A stretch of DNA of 64,000 nt from a virus. Under the pieces are notes generated by a model, which was given only the letters and a program-made list of their open reading frames with translations, was not told the origin of the DNA and ran no database searches. The position numbers were made by a program, and so were the translations under genes. The DNA lies in IMG/VR virus record IMGVR_UViG_3300045996_000607, positions 1 through 64,000 of that record; one strand, written 5' to 3'. Positions 1 through 9,560 of the stretch are shown piece after piece (the stretch's first letter is position 1; each line of letters starts with the position of its first letter).

Positions 1-894
1 GGCGTGTCCATGGCGATGATGCTGACCGAGCCGGGTGGCGCAAATGCCCTCGCCACCAGTCACCGCGTGATCAATCTCGGCTATTCGGGCAAGGGATGGC
101 AGACGCAGTACAACGCCACCGTCCGTCCGACCTCGCCCTATGGCTTCCTGCTGGGCGGCGGCAAGGATCGCGCGGTGTTCGGCGTCGGCCCCGGCGTGAA
201 CGACATGACTGCGGCGTCCGGCTGGCCCAAAACCAACGCAACTGCCGATCCCGGTGCCCTCACGGCTAACGATACCGTGGCGAGAGCGAACGAAGTATAC
301 GATACGGCGGGCACTCTGGACTCGGTTTTCACCGGCTCGATCAGCGCCGCGGTCCTCACCGTCACTGCCGTGACCAGCGGCGCTATCCGCGTGGGCATGT
401 CGCTCGATGTCAACGGAGGCACCCTGTTCATCAACTCGCTTGGCACGGGAACGGGCGGAACTGGAACCTACAATCTCAACACCTCCGCCACGGTGGCATC
501 GCAGACGATCACCGCGCGTCAGGGCGACGCGCGCCGAACGGTGACGAACCTGCTTACGCTCGGCTGGAAGGTGGCGGTTTCGGCAGAGATCAAGAACAAC
601 GGCGCGAACGACACCGGGAGCCCCTCACCCCTCGACACGCTGCGCGGCAAGCTGCTTGCCATGGCGGCTGATGTTCAGGCTGGCCCGGGTCAGACCTATG
701 ACGGCAAGTTCCGCGCGTTCGATAATCGGGAAATCGTGGTTGGCGGGCTGAAGATCTTCGGCACCGATGCCGTGTTCAGCACCGGCTATTACACCGATGG
801 CGTGCATCCGAACGACACGGGGCGCCCGTTCCTCGTGAGCGGCGGAACTACCCCGCAGCACGGCGTGAAGGCCAACATCGAGGCGCTTACCTGA
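1..894 (+). repeat. Direct repeat copy 1 (copy 2 at 44772..45665)
   Basis: 1..473 reads identical to 44772..45244; 474..894 differs by roughly 25-30 mostly third-position substitutions. Confidence 0.95.
1..894 (+). CDS. C-terminal part of SGNH-hydrolase-domain virion protein (5' truncated by window)
   Basis: NLGYSG, GPGVND and DGVHPND motifs; near-identical to C-terminus of 43617..45665. Confidence 0.8.
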   Translation, partial: GVSMAMMLTEPGGANALATSHRVINLGYSGKGWQTQYNATVRPTSPYGFLLGGGKDRAVFGVGPGVNDMTAASGWPKTNATADPGALTANDTVARANEVYDTAGTLDSVFTGSISAAVLTVTAVTSGAIRVGMSLDVNGGTLFINSLGTGTGGTGTYNLNTSATVASQTITARQGDARRTVTNLLTLGWKVAVSAEIKNNGANDTGSPSPLDTLRGKLLAMAADVQAGPGQTYDGKFRAFDNREIVVGGLKIFGTDAVFSTGYYTDGVHPNDTGRPFLVSGGTTPQHGVKANIEALT

Positions 895-1178
895 TGGCCC
901 AGTCGTCATGGCATCGCTCGCAAGGTTTCGCATCGGTACAACCGGCGTCCGCGCAATGCTGCGATAATCTGATCTTTTCGAAGACCCAGCGTAACCAGAG
1001 CATTATTTATCTCCCGGCCGCGCAGGATGAACAAAAACCAGCAACTCGGCTATCAGGGAAAGACCTGAGTTCTATAACCGCGTCCCATTACGGGACCGCG
1101 TGCGGGCTCTCCTTCGCCATCCCGCTCTCGCTGATGCTGTGGGCGGGGATTGCCTTGCTTTTGTGGGGAGACCGGTAA
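894..1178 (+). CDS. Hypothetical protein with C-terminal TM helix
   Basis: TGATG coupling; tail SLMLWAGIALLLW resembles SLVLWAGI at 45706..45730. Confidence 0.4.
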   Translation: MAQSSWHRSQGFASVQPASAQCCDNLIFSKTQRNQSIIYLPAAQDEQKPATRLSGKDLSSITASHYGTACGLSFAIPLSLMLWAGIALLLWGDR

Positions 1179-1832
1179 ATGTCAGTAGCTCTCCGGGTCT
1201 CCGACGCCTACGCGATCGAGAATTACAACGACCTCAAGGCTACAATCGAGCGCTGGCTTGATCGCGACGACCTCACGGACAAGATCCCGCACTTCATCTT
1301 CCTCGCCGAAGCCAGCTTCAACCGTATTCTGCGCACGCCGGAGATGGAGACGGTCACCACCGTGGCCACCTCCGGTCAGACGTTCGTGCTCCCGACAGAC
1401 TTCCTGGAGCCGCGTTTCCTCTACCGAAACGGGGATTGCCCGGGTCCGCTGACTCCGCGCTCGGCAACTGATCTGATGGCTATGACGGGCTGCACCGACT
1501 GGCCGCCGCGGTTCTTCGCGATCATCGGCCGGCAGGTCTATCTCTTCCCCTACGCAACGGCTTCGATCCAGCTTCATTATATCCAGCGCATCCCGACGCT
1601 GACGGAGAACGTGCCCAACAACTGGCTGCTCGATGCCCATCCGGACGTGTATCTGCTTGGGGCGCTGGTGCAGGCAGAAGCCTATATCGATAATCCAGAG
1701 CAGGTCGGGCAATGGAAGGTGGGCCTCGAGGAAGCTCTTGGCCAGCTGATCGACCAAAGCGTGCGCAAGCGGTGGGGCAGCGGTCCCCTCGCGCCTGAAG
1801 GCGTCGTGCAGGTGGCGGGCGGGCGTGTTTAA
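1179..1832 (+). CDS. Head-tail adaptor / tail tubular protein A-like (phage A)
   Basis: WLDRDDL...NWLLDAHPDVYLLGAL signature; paralog at 48556..49134. Confidence 0.75.
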   Translation: MSVALRVSDAYAIENYNDLKATIERWLDRDDLTDKIPHFIFLAEASFNRILRTPEMETVTTVATSGQTFVLPTDFLEPRFLYRNGDCPGPLTPRSATDLMAMTGCTDWPPRFFAIIGRQVYLFPYATASIQLHYIQRIPTLTENVPNNWLLDAHPDVYLLGALVQAEAYIDNPEQVGQWKVGLEEALGQLIDQSVRKRWGSGPLAPEGVVQVAGGRV

Positions 1833-3216
1833 GGGCTTCCCGTTCGGGGAACTGCTCCCCGATCAGGCGCCATCGGGTCAGCTGATTGTGGCAGACGGGT
1901 GCTACCCCACGCCCAACGGCTATGCACCGGTGGGCTCCTTCAACCCTTTCACCCCCGCCCTGCCCGGCTTCCTTGGCGGCGCTGCTTTCGTAAGCTCGGA
2001 CGGCACTGCTGCGCTGATCGCCGGAACCCCGACGAACCTCTATCGCTACTCAGGATCGGCATGGAGCAGCCTTCTCGGCTCGCTCTCCGCAACCGTGTGG
2101 CGGTTTGGCCAGTTTGGCGACAACATCATCTCGGTCAACGGCGGAGATCCGGTCTCGTTCGATATTGCAGGCGGCACTGCGGCGCTTCTGGCGGGGAGCC
2201 CGCCACCGAGCGACATGGTGGCGATCGTTCGCGATTTCGTGCTGCTGGCGGGAGACCCGGACAACATCCTGCGCGTCACCTGGTCGGGCTTCAACGACAG
2301 CACGGAATGGACGCCCGGCACGAACCAGTCGGACTATCAGGATATGCTCTCGGGCGGCGAGGTGACCGGCCTTGCGGGCGGCGAGTACGGCATTGTCCTC
2401 CAGCGGCAGGCCATCAAGCGGATGACCTATGTCGGCGGGGAAGTGATTTTTCAGTTCGATGAGATCGAGAGCAACATCGGCTGCATGGCTAAGGGCAGCG
2501 TCGCTCAGGCTGGCCGGCTGGTGTTCTTCCTGTCCGAACGCGGATTCATGCTTTGCGACGGTAACAGCGCAACCCCGATCGGGGCCGAAAAGATCGATCG
2601 CACCTTCTTCGGCAGCTATAGCCGCGAGGATATCGTAAACAGCCTCACTGCGGCGATAGACCCGCGTCGCTATATCGTCGCGTGGGCGATGCCGGGGCGC
2701 CTGTGGCTCTATAACTGGCAAATCCAGCGCTGGGCCACGGTGACACTGGACGTGCGCTACACCTTTTCGGGGTTCACCGCGAACATCGATCTCGACAGCC
2801 TGGACGCGATTTACGGCAACCTCGACGCTATTCCGGTGTCGCTGGACGACCCGATCTTTCAAGGCGGGAACCCGCTGTTTCTCGTGGTCGACAGTACCGG
2901 GCTCGTCGGAACGCTCACCGGCGCCCATGTGGAGGCGGGCTTCACGATTGCCATGCTGGACTTCGGCGACCGGGTGCGGATGCGCTCGGGCAAGTTCGAC
3001 AGCGACACAACCAGTGCGCAACTGACCCTTGATGGGCGTACGCGGGCCGGCGATGGCGAGAATGAGCGCAATGCAGGATCGATGCGGTCGAACGGCGAAT
3101 TGCCAATCCGCTTCAACGCCCGGTATTTCAAGCCGACAATTACCATTCCTGCCGGTGAGGCGTGGACCTACGCCAAAGGGCTCGGCTTCTATTTCGAAGG
3201 AGGCGGCCGCAAATGA
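1825..3216 (+). CDS. Tail nozzle / packaged-DNA stabilization protein (P22 gp10-like), phage A
   Basis: 463 aa beta-rich protein following the adaptor; paralog at 49131..50555. Confidence 0.7.
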   Translation: MFKGFPFGELLPDQAPSGQLIVADGCYPTPNGYAPVGSFNPFTPALPGFLGGAAFVSSDGTAALIAGTPTNLYRYSGSAWSSLLGSLSATVWRFGQFGDNIISVNGGDPVSFDIAGGTAALLAGSPPPSDMVAIVRDFVLLAGDPDNILRVTWSGFNDSTEWTPGTNQSDYQDMLSGGEVTGLAGGEYGIVLQRQAIKRMTYVGGEVIFQFDEIESNIGCMAKGSVAQAGRLVFFLSERGFMLCDGNSATPIGAEKIDRTFFGSYSREDIVNSLTAAIDPRRYIVAWAMPGRLWLYNWQIQRWATVTLDVRYTFSGFTANIDLDSLDAIYGNLDAIPVSLDDPIFQGGNPLFLVVDSTGLVGTLTGAHVEAGFTIAMLDFGDRVRMRSGKFDSDTTSAQLTLDGRTRAGDGENERNAGSMRSNGELPIRFNARYFKPTITIPAGEAWTYAKGLGFYFEGGGRK

Positions 3217-3389
3217 GCTATCCCCGCATACCCAACAACGAACGCGACCCCGTCCGTTTCTTCCGGCGCGCAGCGGAGGCTATCAACTGGCTGATCGGCA
3301 AGGTTGAAGACCCCTATATCGGACAGGTCCGCTATGAGGCGGGCGTGCTCGAGCATTACGACGGCAGCGCATGGCAGCCGGTTCCTTAA
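3213..3389 (+). CDS. Small tail-associated protein
   Basis: ATGA overlap with upstream stop; MSYPRIPNNERD...; positional equivalent of 50552..51013. Confidence 0.55.
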   Translation: MSYPRIPNNERDPVRFFRRAAEAINWLIGKVEDPYIGQVRYEAGVLEHYDGSAWQPVP

Positions 3390-3769
3390 GCATCGGCATC
3401 TGGCCGTATGAACTGACCGACGAAATTATGGACTTCCTGAGGCCGGCTGCTGAACTGGGGCTCTGCGGCATCGAGAAAGGGCCCGGATGGTCAGTATGGA
3501 CCGTCCATAGCGAGCGTATGTTGCTGGGCGCCGCGAATGTGAGACGCACGACGGAACCGGCTGTCGAAGTGGTTCTCGTCGGCGGACATGATTGCCGTTC
3601 ATGGATCGGTGAGCTGGACCGCAAAATCGGCCTTTGGGCGAAAGACGAAGGAGCGACCTGCCTGCGCGCCTTCGGGCGCCGCGGCTGGGTCCGCATTCTC
3701 TGCAAACAAGGCTGGGTTGCCGTACGCGAAAGCCGCGGCATCATCGAGTACAAGCGAGGATTGACCTGA
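3371..3769 (+). CDS. GNAT-like conserved podophage virion assembly protein
   Basis: GRRGWVRIL motif, shared with 51010..51402 (GRKGWARVL). Confidence 0.6.
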   Translation: MAAGSLSIGIWPYELTDEIMDFLRPAAELGLCGIEKGPGWSVWTVHSERMLLGAANVRRTTEPAVEVVLVGGHDCRSWIGELDRKIGLWAKDEGATCLRAFGRRGWVRILCKQGWVAVRESRGIIEYKRGLT

Positions 3770-4638
3770 TGGGCAAGAAGTCGAAGCAGAAGACGACGAA
3801 TGAGCCGTCTGCTTACGCGAAGGGCTATATCACGCCCGCCGCGGGCGCCCTCGGTAGCGCCTATTCTGCCAACCAGCCCCAGATCCAGGGCAGTGCCGAT
3901 GCCCTCTGGAAGCAAATCCCAGGCATGATGGAAAAGGCATTCACACCGTCTGCAACGGTGCTCGGTGCGAACACCAACCTGCAGGATGTACTCGCCGGAA
4001 AGTACCTCAATGGCTCCCCGCACCTGCAGGGCATCATTGACGACACGGCGGGCGATGTCACTGATCGCGTGCAATCAGCCTTTGGCCGCGCAGGGCGCAC
4101 TGGCAGTGGGGCAAATGCAGGCGTGCTTACCAAGGAACTGGCAAGCGCGGAGAACGGTCTGCGCTATAGCAACTACAATGCGGAACGTCAGGCGCAGATG
4201 CAGGCTCTCGGGCTCGTCCCCTCGATCGAAGGCGCACAATATGCGGGCATTGCCCCCACGTTGGCGGCGATGCAGGCCGCTGCCGGCATCCCGTTGGATG
4301 CGGCAAATGCATATGCCGGCGGCACCGGCAATCTGTTGGGGCAGTACAATACATCGACCACGACCAAGATCCCCGGGCTCGGCGAGCAATTCTCAATGCT
4401 GATGCAGAATGTGGGCAAGGTGGGTCAGGCTGCCGCAGTGTTCTCCGATCGACGGCTGAAGGCGAATATCGAGCGCGTAGGTACGCTTTCGGACGGGCTA
4501 GGTGTCTATGACTACGATTATGTCTGGGGCGGCGAGCGCCAGCGCGGCGTGATGGCCGACGAAGTGGCGCAGCTGCGGCCTTGGGCTCTTGGTGAACCAG
4601 TCAACGGCTTCGCTACCGTGCGGATGGAGGCGCTGTGA
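3769..4638 (+). CDS. DNA ejection/pilot protein with C-terminal peptidase S74-like chaperone domain
   Basis: MGKKSKQKTTNEP start; C-terminal SDRRLKANIERVG...YDYDY...GVMADEV. Confidence 0.7.
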   Translation: MGKKSKQKTTNEPSAYAKGYITPAAGALGSAYSANQPQIQGSADALWKQIPGMMEKAFTPSATVLGANTNLQDVLAGKYLNGSPHLQGIIDDTAGDVTDRVQSAFGRAGRTGSGANAGVLTKELASAENGLRYSNYNAERQAQMQALGLVPSIEGAQYAGIAPTLAAMQAAAGIPLDAANAYAGGTGNLLGQYNTSTTTKIPGLGEQFSMLMQNVGKVGQAAAVFSDRRLKANIERVGTLSDGLGVYDYDYVWGGERQRGVMADEVAQLRPWALGEPVNGFATVRMEAL

Positions 4639-5600
4639 TGGGACCGATGCCCGGCGGCATGTTCGGCGCAAAACCTCGCAAGTCGTTCTTCGATGAGATG
4701 CTGCCGCCCGCCGCCCTCCCACAGGACACTTCCCTGCCCCAGGTGGCCCCAATGCCTCAGGCTCCGAAGCTGGGCTTTCTCGACAAGCTGGGACTGGTCG
4801 GTGATGTCTTCACGGGCGATCCGGTGACGCAGCAGCGCCTCATGCAGCAGCAAGTGATGCAGCAGAAGCAGATGGCGCGTTATGAGCCCCAGGAGGTGGG
4901 TGGCAGTATCGTTCGCCTCAACCCGCAGTCCGGCCAGTATGAAACACTCTTTAGCGCACCGCAAAAGGAGCGCGCCCCGTACCGCTGGGAAGCAAATGAT
5001 GGCTCTCTGATGGAAATCGGTGAGGATGGGGCGCCGCGAGCCGTATATAAAGACCCCACGCCCAAGGTGCAGATGATCGCGGTCGATAACGGGGACGGCA
5101 CCAAGACATTGATGCCGTTCGCGAACGGCGTTCCGCTCGGGCAAGGCGGCGCTGCTCCATCGGGCGCCGTCCCCGCGCTTCCAGAGGGCTACAAAGTGCG
5201 TCCGAGGGGAGGTGCGGGTTCCGGCCCGGCGACCTTTCAACCCTCGTCCGTGATGGATTCCCTGATAGAGCAGGAAAGCAGTGGTCGCCCGGGCGTGCTC
5301 GGCCCGAAGACCCGGTACGGGCAGGCGCAGGGACTTACCCAGATGCTGCCGGCGACCGCTGAGGCCGTGGCAAAGAAGCTGGGGGTCCCTTGGCGGCCTG
5401 ACCTGATGACCGGCACCAGCAAGGCGGCTGCGGAATACCAGCGCGCGCTCGGGCAAGCCTATCTGGAAGAAGGCTACGGCGCGACCGGCAACATCCGTGA
5501 CGCGCTTCATTACTACCACGGCGGCCCCAATCGCCGCCTGTGGGGCCCCAAGACCCGCGGCTATGCCGACAAGGTCATCTCTCGCCTCGGGAGCAATTGA
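4635..5600 (+). CDS. Ejection protein with C-terminal lytic transglycosylase (SLT) domain
   Basis: IEQESSG, AQGLTQMLPATA and ALHYYHGGP motifs. Confidence 0.8.
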   Translation: MMGPMPGGMFGAKPRKSFFDEMLPPAALPQDTSLPQVAPMPQAPKLGFLDKLGLVGDVFTGDPVTQQRLMQQQVMQQKQMARYEPQEVGGSIVRLNPQSGQYETLFSAPQKERAPYRWEANDGSLMEIGEDGAPRAVYKDPTPKVQMIAVDNGDGTKTLMPFANGVPLGQGGAAPSGAVPALPEGYKVRPRGGAGSGPATFQPSSVMDSLIEQESSGRPGVLGPKTRYGQAQGLTQMLPATAEAVAKKLGVPWRPDLMTGTSKAAAEYQRALGQAYLEEGYGATGNIRDALHYYHGGPNRRLWGPKTRGYADKVISRLGSN

Positions 5601-8581
5601 TGCAGGATTATCAGGAAGGCGATATCGCGGACGGCCCAAACGGGGCCCTTGTATTCCGCGGTGGCGCGTGGGTTCCGCTTGCCGCCACCCCGACACCTGT
5701 CCGCGTGGGGACGCCAAATCCTTATGCGCTGCCGAAGGCCGCCGCCGATCTCCAGAGCGCACAGTCGCGCGAGACGCGCGAGCAGGCCAAGGCAGACCGC
5801 GAGGCTCGCGAATGGGCAGCCACGCACAATCCTGATGGCTCCCCGAAGCCGAACGCACTTCAGGGCAGTGCCGAGATGACGGCAGCCACGCGTGCAGCCG
5901 CTATCAACGCCTTCACTGCCACCCGCCAGCTTGATCAGCTCATCACCGACATCGAAAAGCGCTATCGCACCGGCCCCGGCTCTACGTCTGGGCTGGGTGG
6001 TGTCTTCGACTACCTGCCGACGCCTTCCAATCGCGAGTTTGACGACGCCGGCAATGCCGTCAGGGGCGCGGCTATTACAGCGCTAGGCTTCACTTCCGGG
6101 CAGACCAACTCGCCCAAGGAAGTGGAAATGAATATCGGGCCGTACATCCCGAAGGCTGGCGACTACGATACACAGATCGAGGGGAAGATCGCCCGTCTGA
6201 AGGAGCTTCGTGACCGTGCGCGCGTGCAGGCGGTCACTGTCCTCGGCGGCGTTCCGGACGCAAGCGGCAAGATCACACCGCTCTCCCAGATCCCGCAGCA
6301 GAATCGTGAGCAGCTTTTCCCGCCCGGCACGCTGCAGCCCCTCGAGCCCGGCGCGCCGGGCGGCGGAGGCCCCACTTCCCCGCCTATCGACGGCAACGGC
6401 GTTCGCATGGGGAATTTCGGCGGGGGCCAAACCATCGCTTTTGGGGGTGACGCTGTTCCGGTTACCGGCGCCCGGATGACTCCGCAGCAAGAAGTTCAGG
6501 TGCTGGCGGCTATTCGCGCCGGGGATCAGGGGCAAGCGGCTGCGTTGCTCCAGCGTTTCGCAGGCGGCTCCCCTGAACAGGCGTCCGCAAATGTCGCGTC
6601 TGCTCTCGCCACCCTTCAGCGCGATCCGCGAGCCAAAGTGTCGTTCGACTACAGTGGCGTAGATCGGGCGGCGCAAAGCGCGGCTGACCGCGCGCGCTAC
6701 GGCGAAAATCTTGCACCCGCGATGCAGGAGCGGCAGGGCGCGGAGTGGGATACGGCCATCCGTTCTGCGGCGAATGCAGGCACCTTCAATCTGGCAGACC
6801 CGCTCGTCGCGGCGCTTTCGACACCGTTCAGCGGCAAGAGCTACAACGAAAATCTGCAGCGGGAACGCGCCTATACCGAGGCTGGCCAACGGGTAAATCC
6901 GGGGTATGCGTTCGGTGGCACGATCGGCGGGGGTGCCCTGACTGCGGGTCTCGGGGAAGTGGCGCTTGCCAAGGCGGCAGGCACGGGAACCGGGCTTTTG
7001 CCCAGCGTGATGCGCTCCCCTGTCACCGCCGACGCCGGTTTCGGAGCCCTCGCCAGCGGCGCCAACGGGGAGAATCCGATAACCGGCATGTTTGCTGGTG
7101 CGGGTGGTGGCGTTCTCGGCCGGACAGCAGCACGTCCAATTTCCGCTGCGGCCCGCGGTGTCGAGGGCATCGGAAGGCGCGTGCTCGGCGCCACCCCCTC
7201 GCCCGTCGCACCGAACACCGCCCAGAAAGCAATGCTCGGTGCCGCAGATCGTGTCGGGCAGCCCACGATTGACACCTTCCTTGAGGAGGCGGCTAATATG
7301 GATGTCCCGGCCGCTCTGGTCGACATCGCGCCGCAGTTTCGGTCGTTGGGTGGCGCCGTGGTTCGCCGCTCCCCCCAAGCCGCCCAGATCGCGGAGGGCG
7401 CGTTGCTCCCCCGCGCACGCGGACAGATCGACCGTCTTGGCTCAGCTATGGACACAGCCTTCGGGCCCGGAGCGAATATTCCCCAGCGCAGTGCGGATCT
7501 GATCAAGAAGGCGCGGCAGGAGGCGGGCCCGCTTTACGACAAGGCCTTTGCTAATCCGGGCGCGGCATCGGTCCCCTTGGACGACCTTGCAACGCGGCCC
7601 GGGTTCAAAGCCGCCCTTCAGCGGGCGCAAAGCCTCGCAGCGGAAGAGGGTGTGGACCCGACCAGCCTCGGATTTCAGCTGAGCGATGCCGGCGAAGTTA
7701 TTCTCGAGCGCGTCCCGTCGTTTCGCACGCTCGATTACGTCAAGCGCGGGCTGGACGATGAGATTGGTGCCAATCGTAACGCATTTGGCAACGTCGAGTG
7801 GACCGATCAGCTTCGCGCTGTCGAGGGCACGCGATCGGCGTTGGTCAAGCGGATGGACGAGGTGAACGGCGACTATAGCGCCGCACGCGCCGCTTATGCC
7901 GGGCCGGCCGGGGAGCGAGAGGCGTTTAATCAGGGCGTGGGTGCGATCAACCTTCGCCCTGATCAGCTTCGCTTCAATACGGCGACGATGCCCGCGAACA
8001 AGCTGGATCAGTACCGACTTGGGGCGCGATCGGCCTTGGGAGATCGCGCGGAAACGGTGCGGTTCTCTGGCAATCCGTGGGAAGGAGTGGCCGGCTCCCC
8101 TGCCGCGCAGGAGCGCCTGGGGACGCTATGGCCCGAAGGAACGCCGGGCTTCCTCAAGAAGTACGGAATGGAGCAGCAGCTCGCTCGCACCAATAATGCC
8201 ATCCTCGGTAATTCGATGACGGCAGAACGCCAGCTGGCCGATCAGGCTTTTGCTGGCTCGAACCTGCCAGCGCTCGCTCTTGATGCGGGTATGATGGCGG
8301 CTGGTCAGGTGCCGACAGCCACCATCGGGCGGAAACTTGGTGGCCAGTTCCTCGGCGACTCGCTCAAACTGGGCGTAGGCAAGCGGGCCGTCCAAAAGGC
8401 GGACGAGCTGGCGCCGATCCTGTTTAATACCAATCCGCAGGCGGCGGCATCAACCTTGTCCGAGCTAGTTAACTCGGCGCAGGCCTACAGGGATTTCGTC
8501 GGCCGCTACAATCGAACCCTTGGTCGGGCGGGCGGCATGTTTGGCGCGGGGCTCGCCGTCCCTAGTGTTGGGACGCAATAA
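5600..8581 (+). CDS. Large internal virion (DNA ejection) protein, phage A
   Basis: About 993 aa, Ala/Gly-rich helical; N-terminal third homologous to 52895..55627. Confidence 0.75.
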   Translation: MQDYQEGDIADGPNGALVFRGGAWVPLAATPTPVRVGTPNPYALPKAAADLQSAQSRETREQAKADREAREWAATHNPDGSPKPNALQGSAEMTAATRAAAINAFTATRQLDQLITDIEKRYRTGPGSTSGLGGVFDYLPTPSNREFDDAGNAVRGAAITALGFTSGQTNSPKEVEMNIGPYIPKAGDYDTQIEGKIARLKELRDRARVQAVTVLGGVPDASGKITPLSQIPQQNREQLFPPGTLQPLEPGAPGGGGPTSPPIDGNGVRMGNFGGGQTIAFGGDAVPVTGARMTPQQEVQVLAAIRAGDQGQAAALLQRFAGGSPEQASANVASALATLQRDPRAKVSFDYSGVDRAAQSAADRARYGENLAPAMQERQGAEWDTAIRSAANAGTFNLADPLVAALSTPFSGKSYNENLQRERAYTEAGQRVNPGYAFGGTIGGGALTAGLGEVALAKAAGTGTGLLPSVMRSPVTADAGFGALASGANGENPITGMFAGAGGGVLGRTAARPISAAARGVEGIGRRVLGATPSPVAPNTAQKAMLGAADRVGQPTIDTFLEEAANMDVPAALVDIAPQFRSLGGAVVRRSPQAAQIAEGALLPRARGQIDRLGSAMDTAFGPGANIPQRSADLIKKARQEAGPLYDKAFANPGAASVPLDDLATRPGFKAALQRAQSLAAEEGVDPTSLGFQLSDAGEVILERVPSFRTLDYVKRGLDDEIGANRNAFGNVEWTDQLRAVEGTRSALVKRMDEVNGDYSAARAAYAGPAGEREAFNQGVGAINLRPDQLRFNTATMPANKLDQYRLGARSALGDRAETVRFSGNPWEGVAGSPAAQERLGTLWPEGTPGFLKKYGMEQQLARTNNAILGNSMTAERQLADQAFAGSNLPALALDAGMMAAGQVPTATIGRKLGGQFLGDSLKLGVGKRAVQKADELAPILFNTNPQAAASTLSELVNSAQAYRDFVGRYNRTLGRAGGMFGAGLAVPSVGTQ

Positions 8582-8749
8582 GGACCGGAGCCGCCTGCCT
8601 GCCCGATAAGGCAGCGCATCCGCATCGGCCCGGATCACTCTGGCCATCCGCCGTTTGGCTCGTGTTTCGGGATCACCTCGGATCGCGACAACGACGGCAA
8701 AGACAAAACCCTTAAGCGCGCAAGCCGCAGCAATTTCCAAAGGCGTCAT
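8465..8749 (-). CDS. Small antisense membrane protein (moron; candidate superinfection exclusion)
   Basis: MTPLEIAAACALKG matches MTFIEIAVACALKG at the same position in phage B. Confidence 0.6.
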   Translation of the reverse strand: MTPLEIAAACALKGFVFAVVVAIRGDPETRAKRRMARVIRADADALPYRAGRRLRSLLRPNTRDGEPRAKHAARPTKGSIVAADEIPVGLRRVN

Positions 8750-8793
8750 TCCACCAACCTACCACGACCGATGGCCGCGGGAAAGGACCACCC

Positions 8794-9123
8794 ATGAGCG
8801 TTCAGGATTACTCGACAACCCCGGGTAGCAACACCAGCATCAGCGGAATCAACATCGGGGAAAACTGCCCCGCCGCGAACGTAAACGGCGCTATCCGGCA
8901 GTTCATGGCCGACGTGAAGGTCATGTACAACGCGCTGCCCGATGTTTCGGCTTATGTGACCAAGAGCGGCGGGGTTTTTATAGCTAATCCGACATTCAGT
9001 GGCCGTGGCGGCTACGTCCATATGAACGACGTGGCCAATACCTCGGGCCGGGTTTTCGTGCAGCCGGCTGGTGGTGCCGCTCCGAGTATGTCGAATGGCG
9101 ACTGGCTGCTGGAATATACGTGA
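8794..9123 (+). CDS. Tail fibre/spike anchor protein
   Basis: MSVQDYSTTPGSNT is homologous to the N-terminus of B tailspike (MSFSDYSGTPASNT). Confidence 0.65.
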   Translation: MSVQDYSTTPGSNTSISGINIGENCPAANVNGAIRQFMADVKVMYNALPDVSAYVTKSGGVFIANPTFSGRGGYVHMNDVANTSGRVFVQPAGGAAPSMSNGDWLLEYT

Positions 9124-9560
9124 TCACCATCATGCACGCGGGTGCGGCCCGCGCCGTCACATCCGGCAAGATCATGCTCGGAGGCGGGCTTCGCACGCTC
9201 CGCTCTATCAAGGTGATGCACGCGGGGTCGCTGCGCACCGTCGCGTCGTTTGTTGGCCCGCTGACGGCGGCTGCATCGCCGGACGACGCATACGGCTCAG
9301 GCAGCGGCCTGTCTGGTCAGGTCGTCAGTAGCTCGTACGTAACCGCCATCCCGAGCGGAGGCGCGGGTCCGTACACGTATTTCTGGACCCGCACCGGCAG
9401 CGCCACGCTGAGCAGCACGAATCTGGCCACCGTCAACGTCTCCCAATTTCTTCCGAAATTCGGGGCCTCGAGCGGGTCTCTTAGCTGCACCGTGACGGAC
9501 AGCCTTGGCAGTACCGCGATCTGCGGCGCTACCTACACTCTTGATAATGGCGGGTTCTGA
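9120..9560 (+). CDS. Tail accessory protein, Ig/PKD-like C-terminus
   Basis: SGGAGPYTYFWT...CTVTDS pattern; coupled to neighbours. Confidence 0.55.
   Translation: MITIMHAGAARAVTSGKIMLGGGLRTLRSIKVMHAGSLRTVASFVGPLTAAASPDDAYGSGSGLSGQVVSSSYVTAIPSGGAGPYTYFWTRTGSATLSSTNLATVNVSQFLPKFGASSGSLSCTVTDSLGSTAICGATYTLDNGGF

Noticed and set aside
474-894. Diversity-generating retroelement (TR/VR pair), suggested by the BPP-1-like capsid and a near-duplicated fibre C-terminus
   Set aside because: Differences are mostly synonymous third-position changes without adenine bias, and no reverse transcriptase is present in the window
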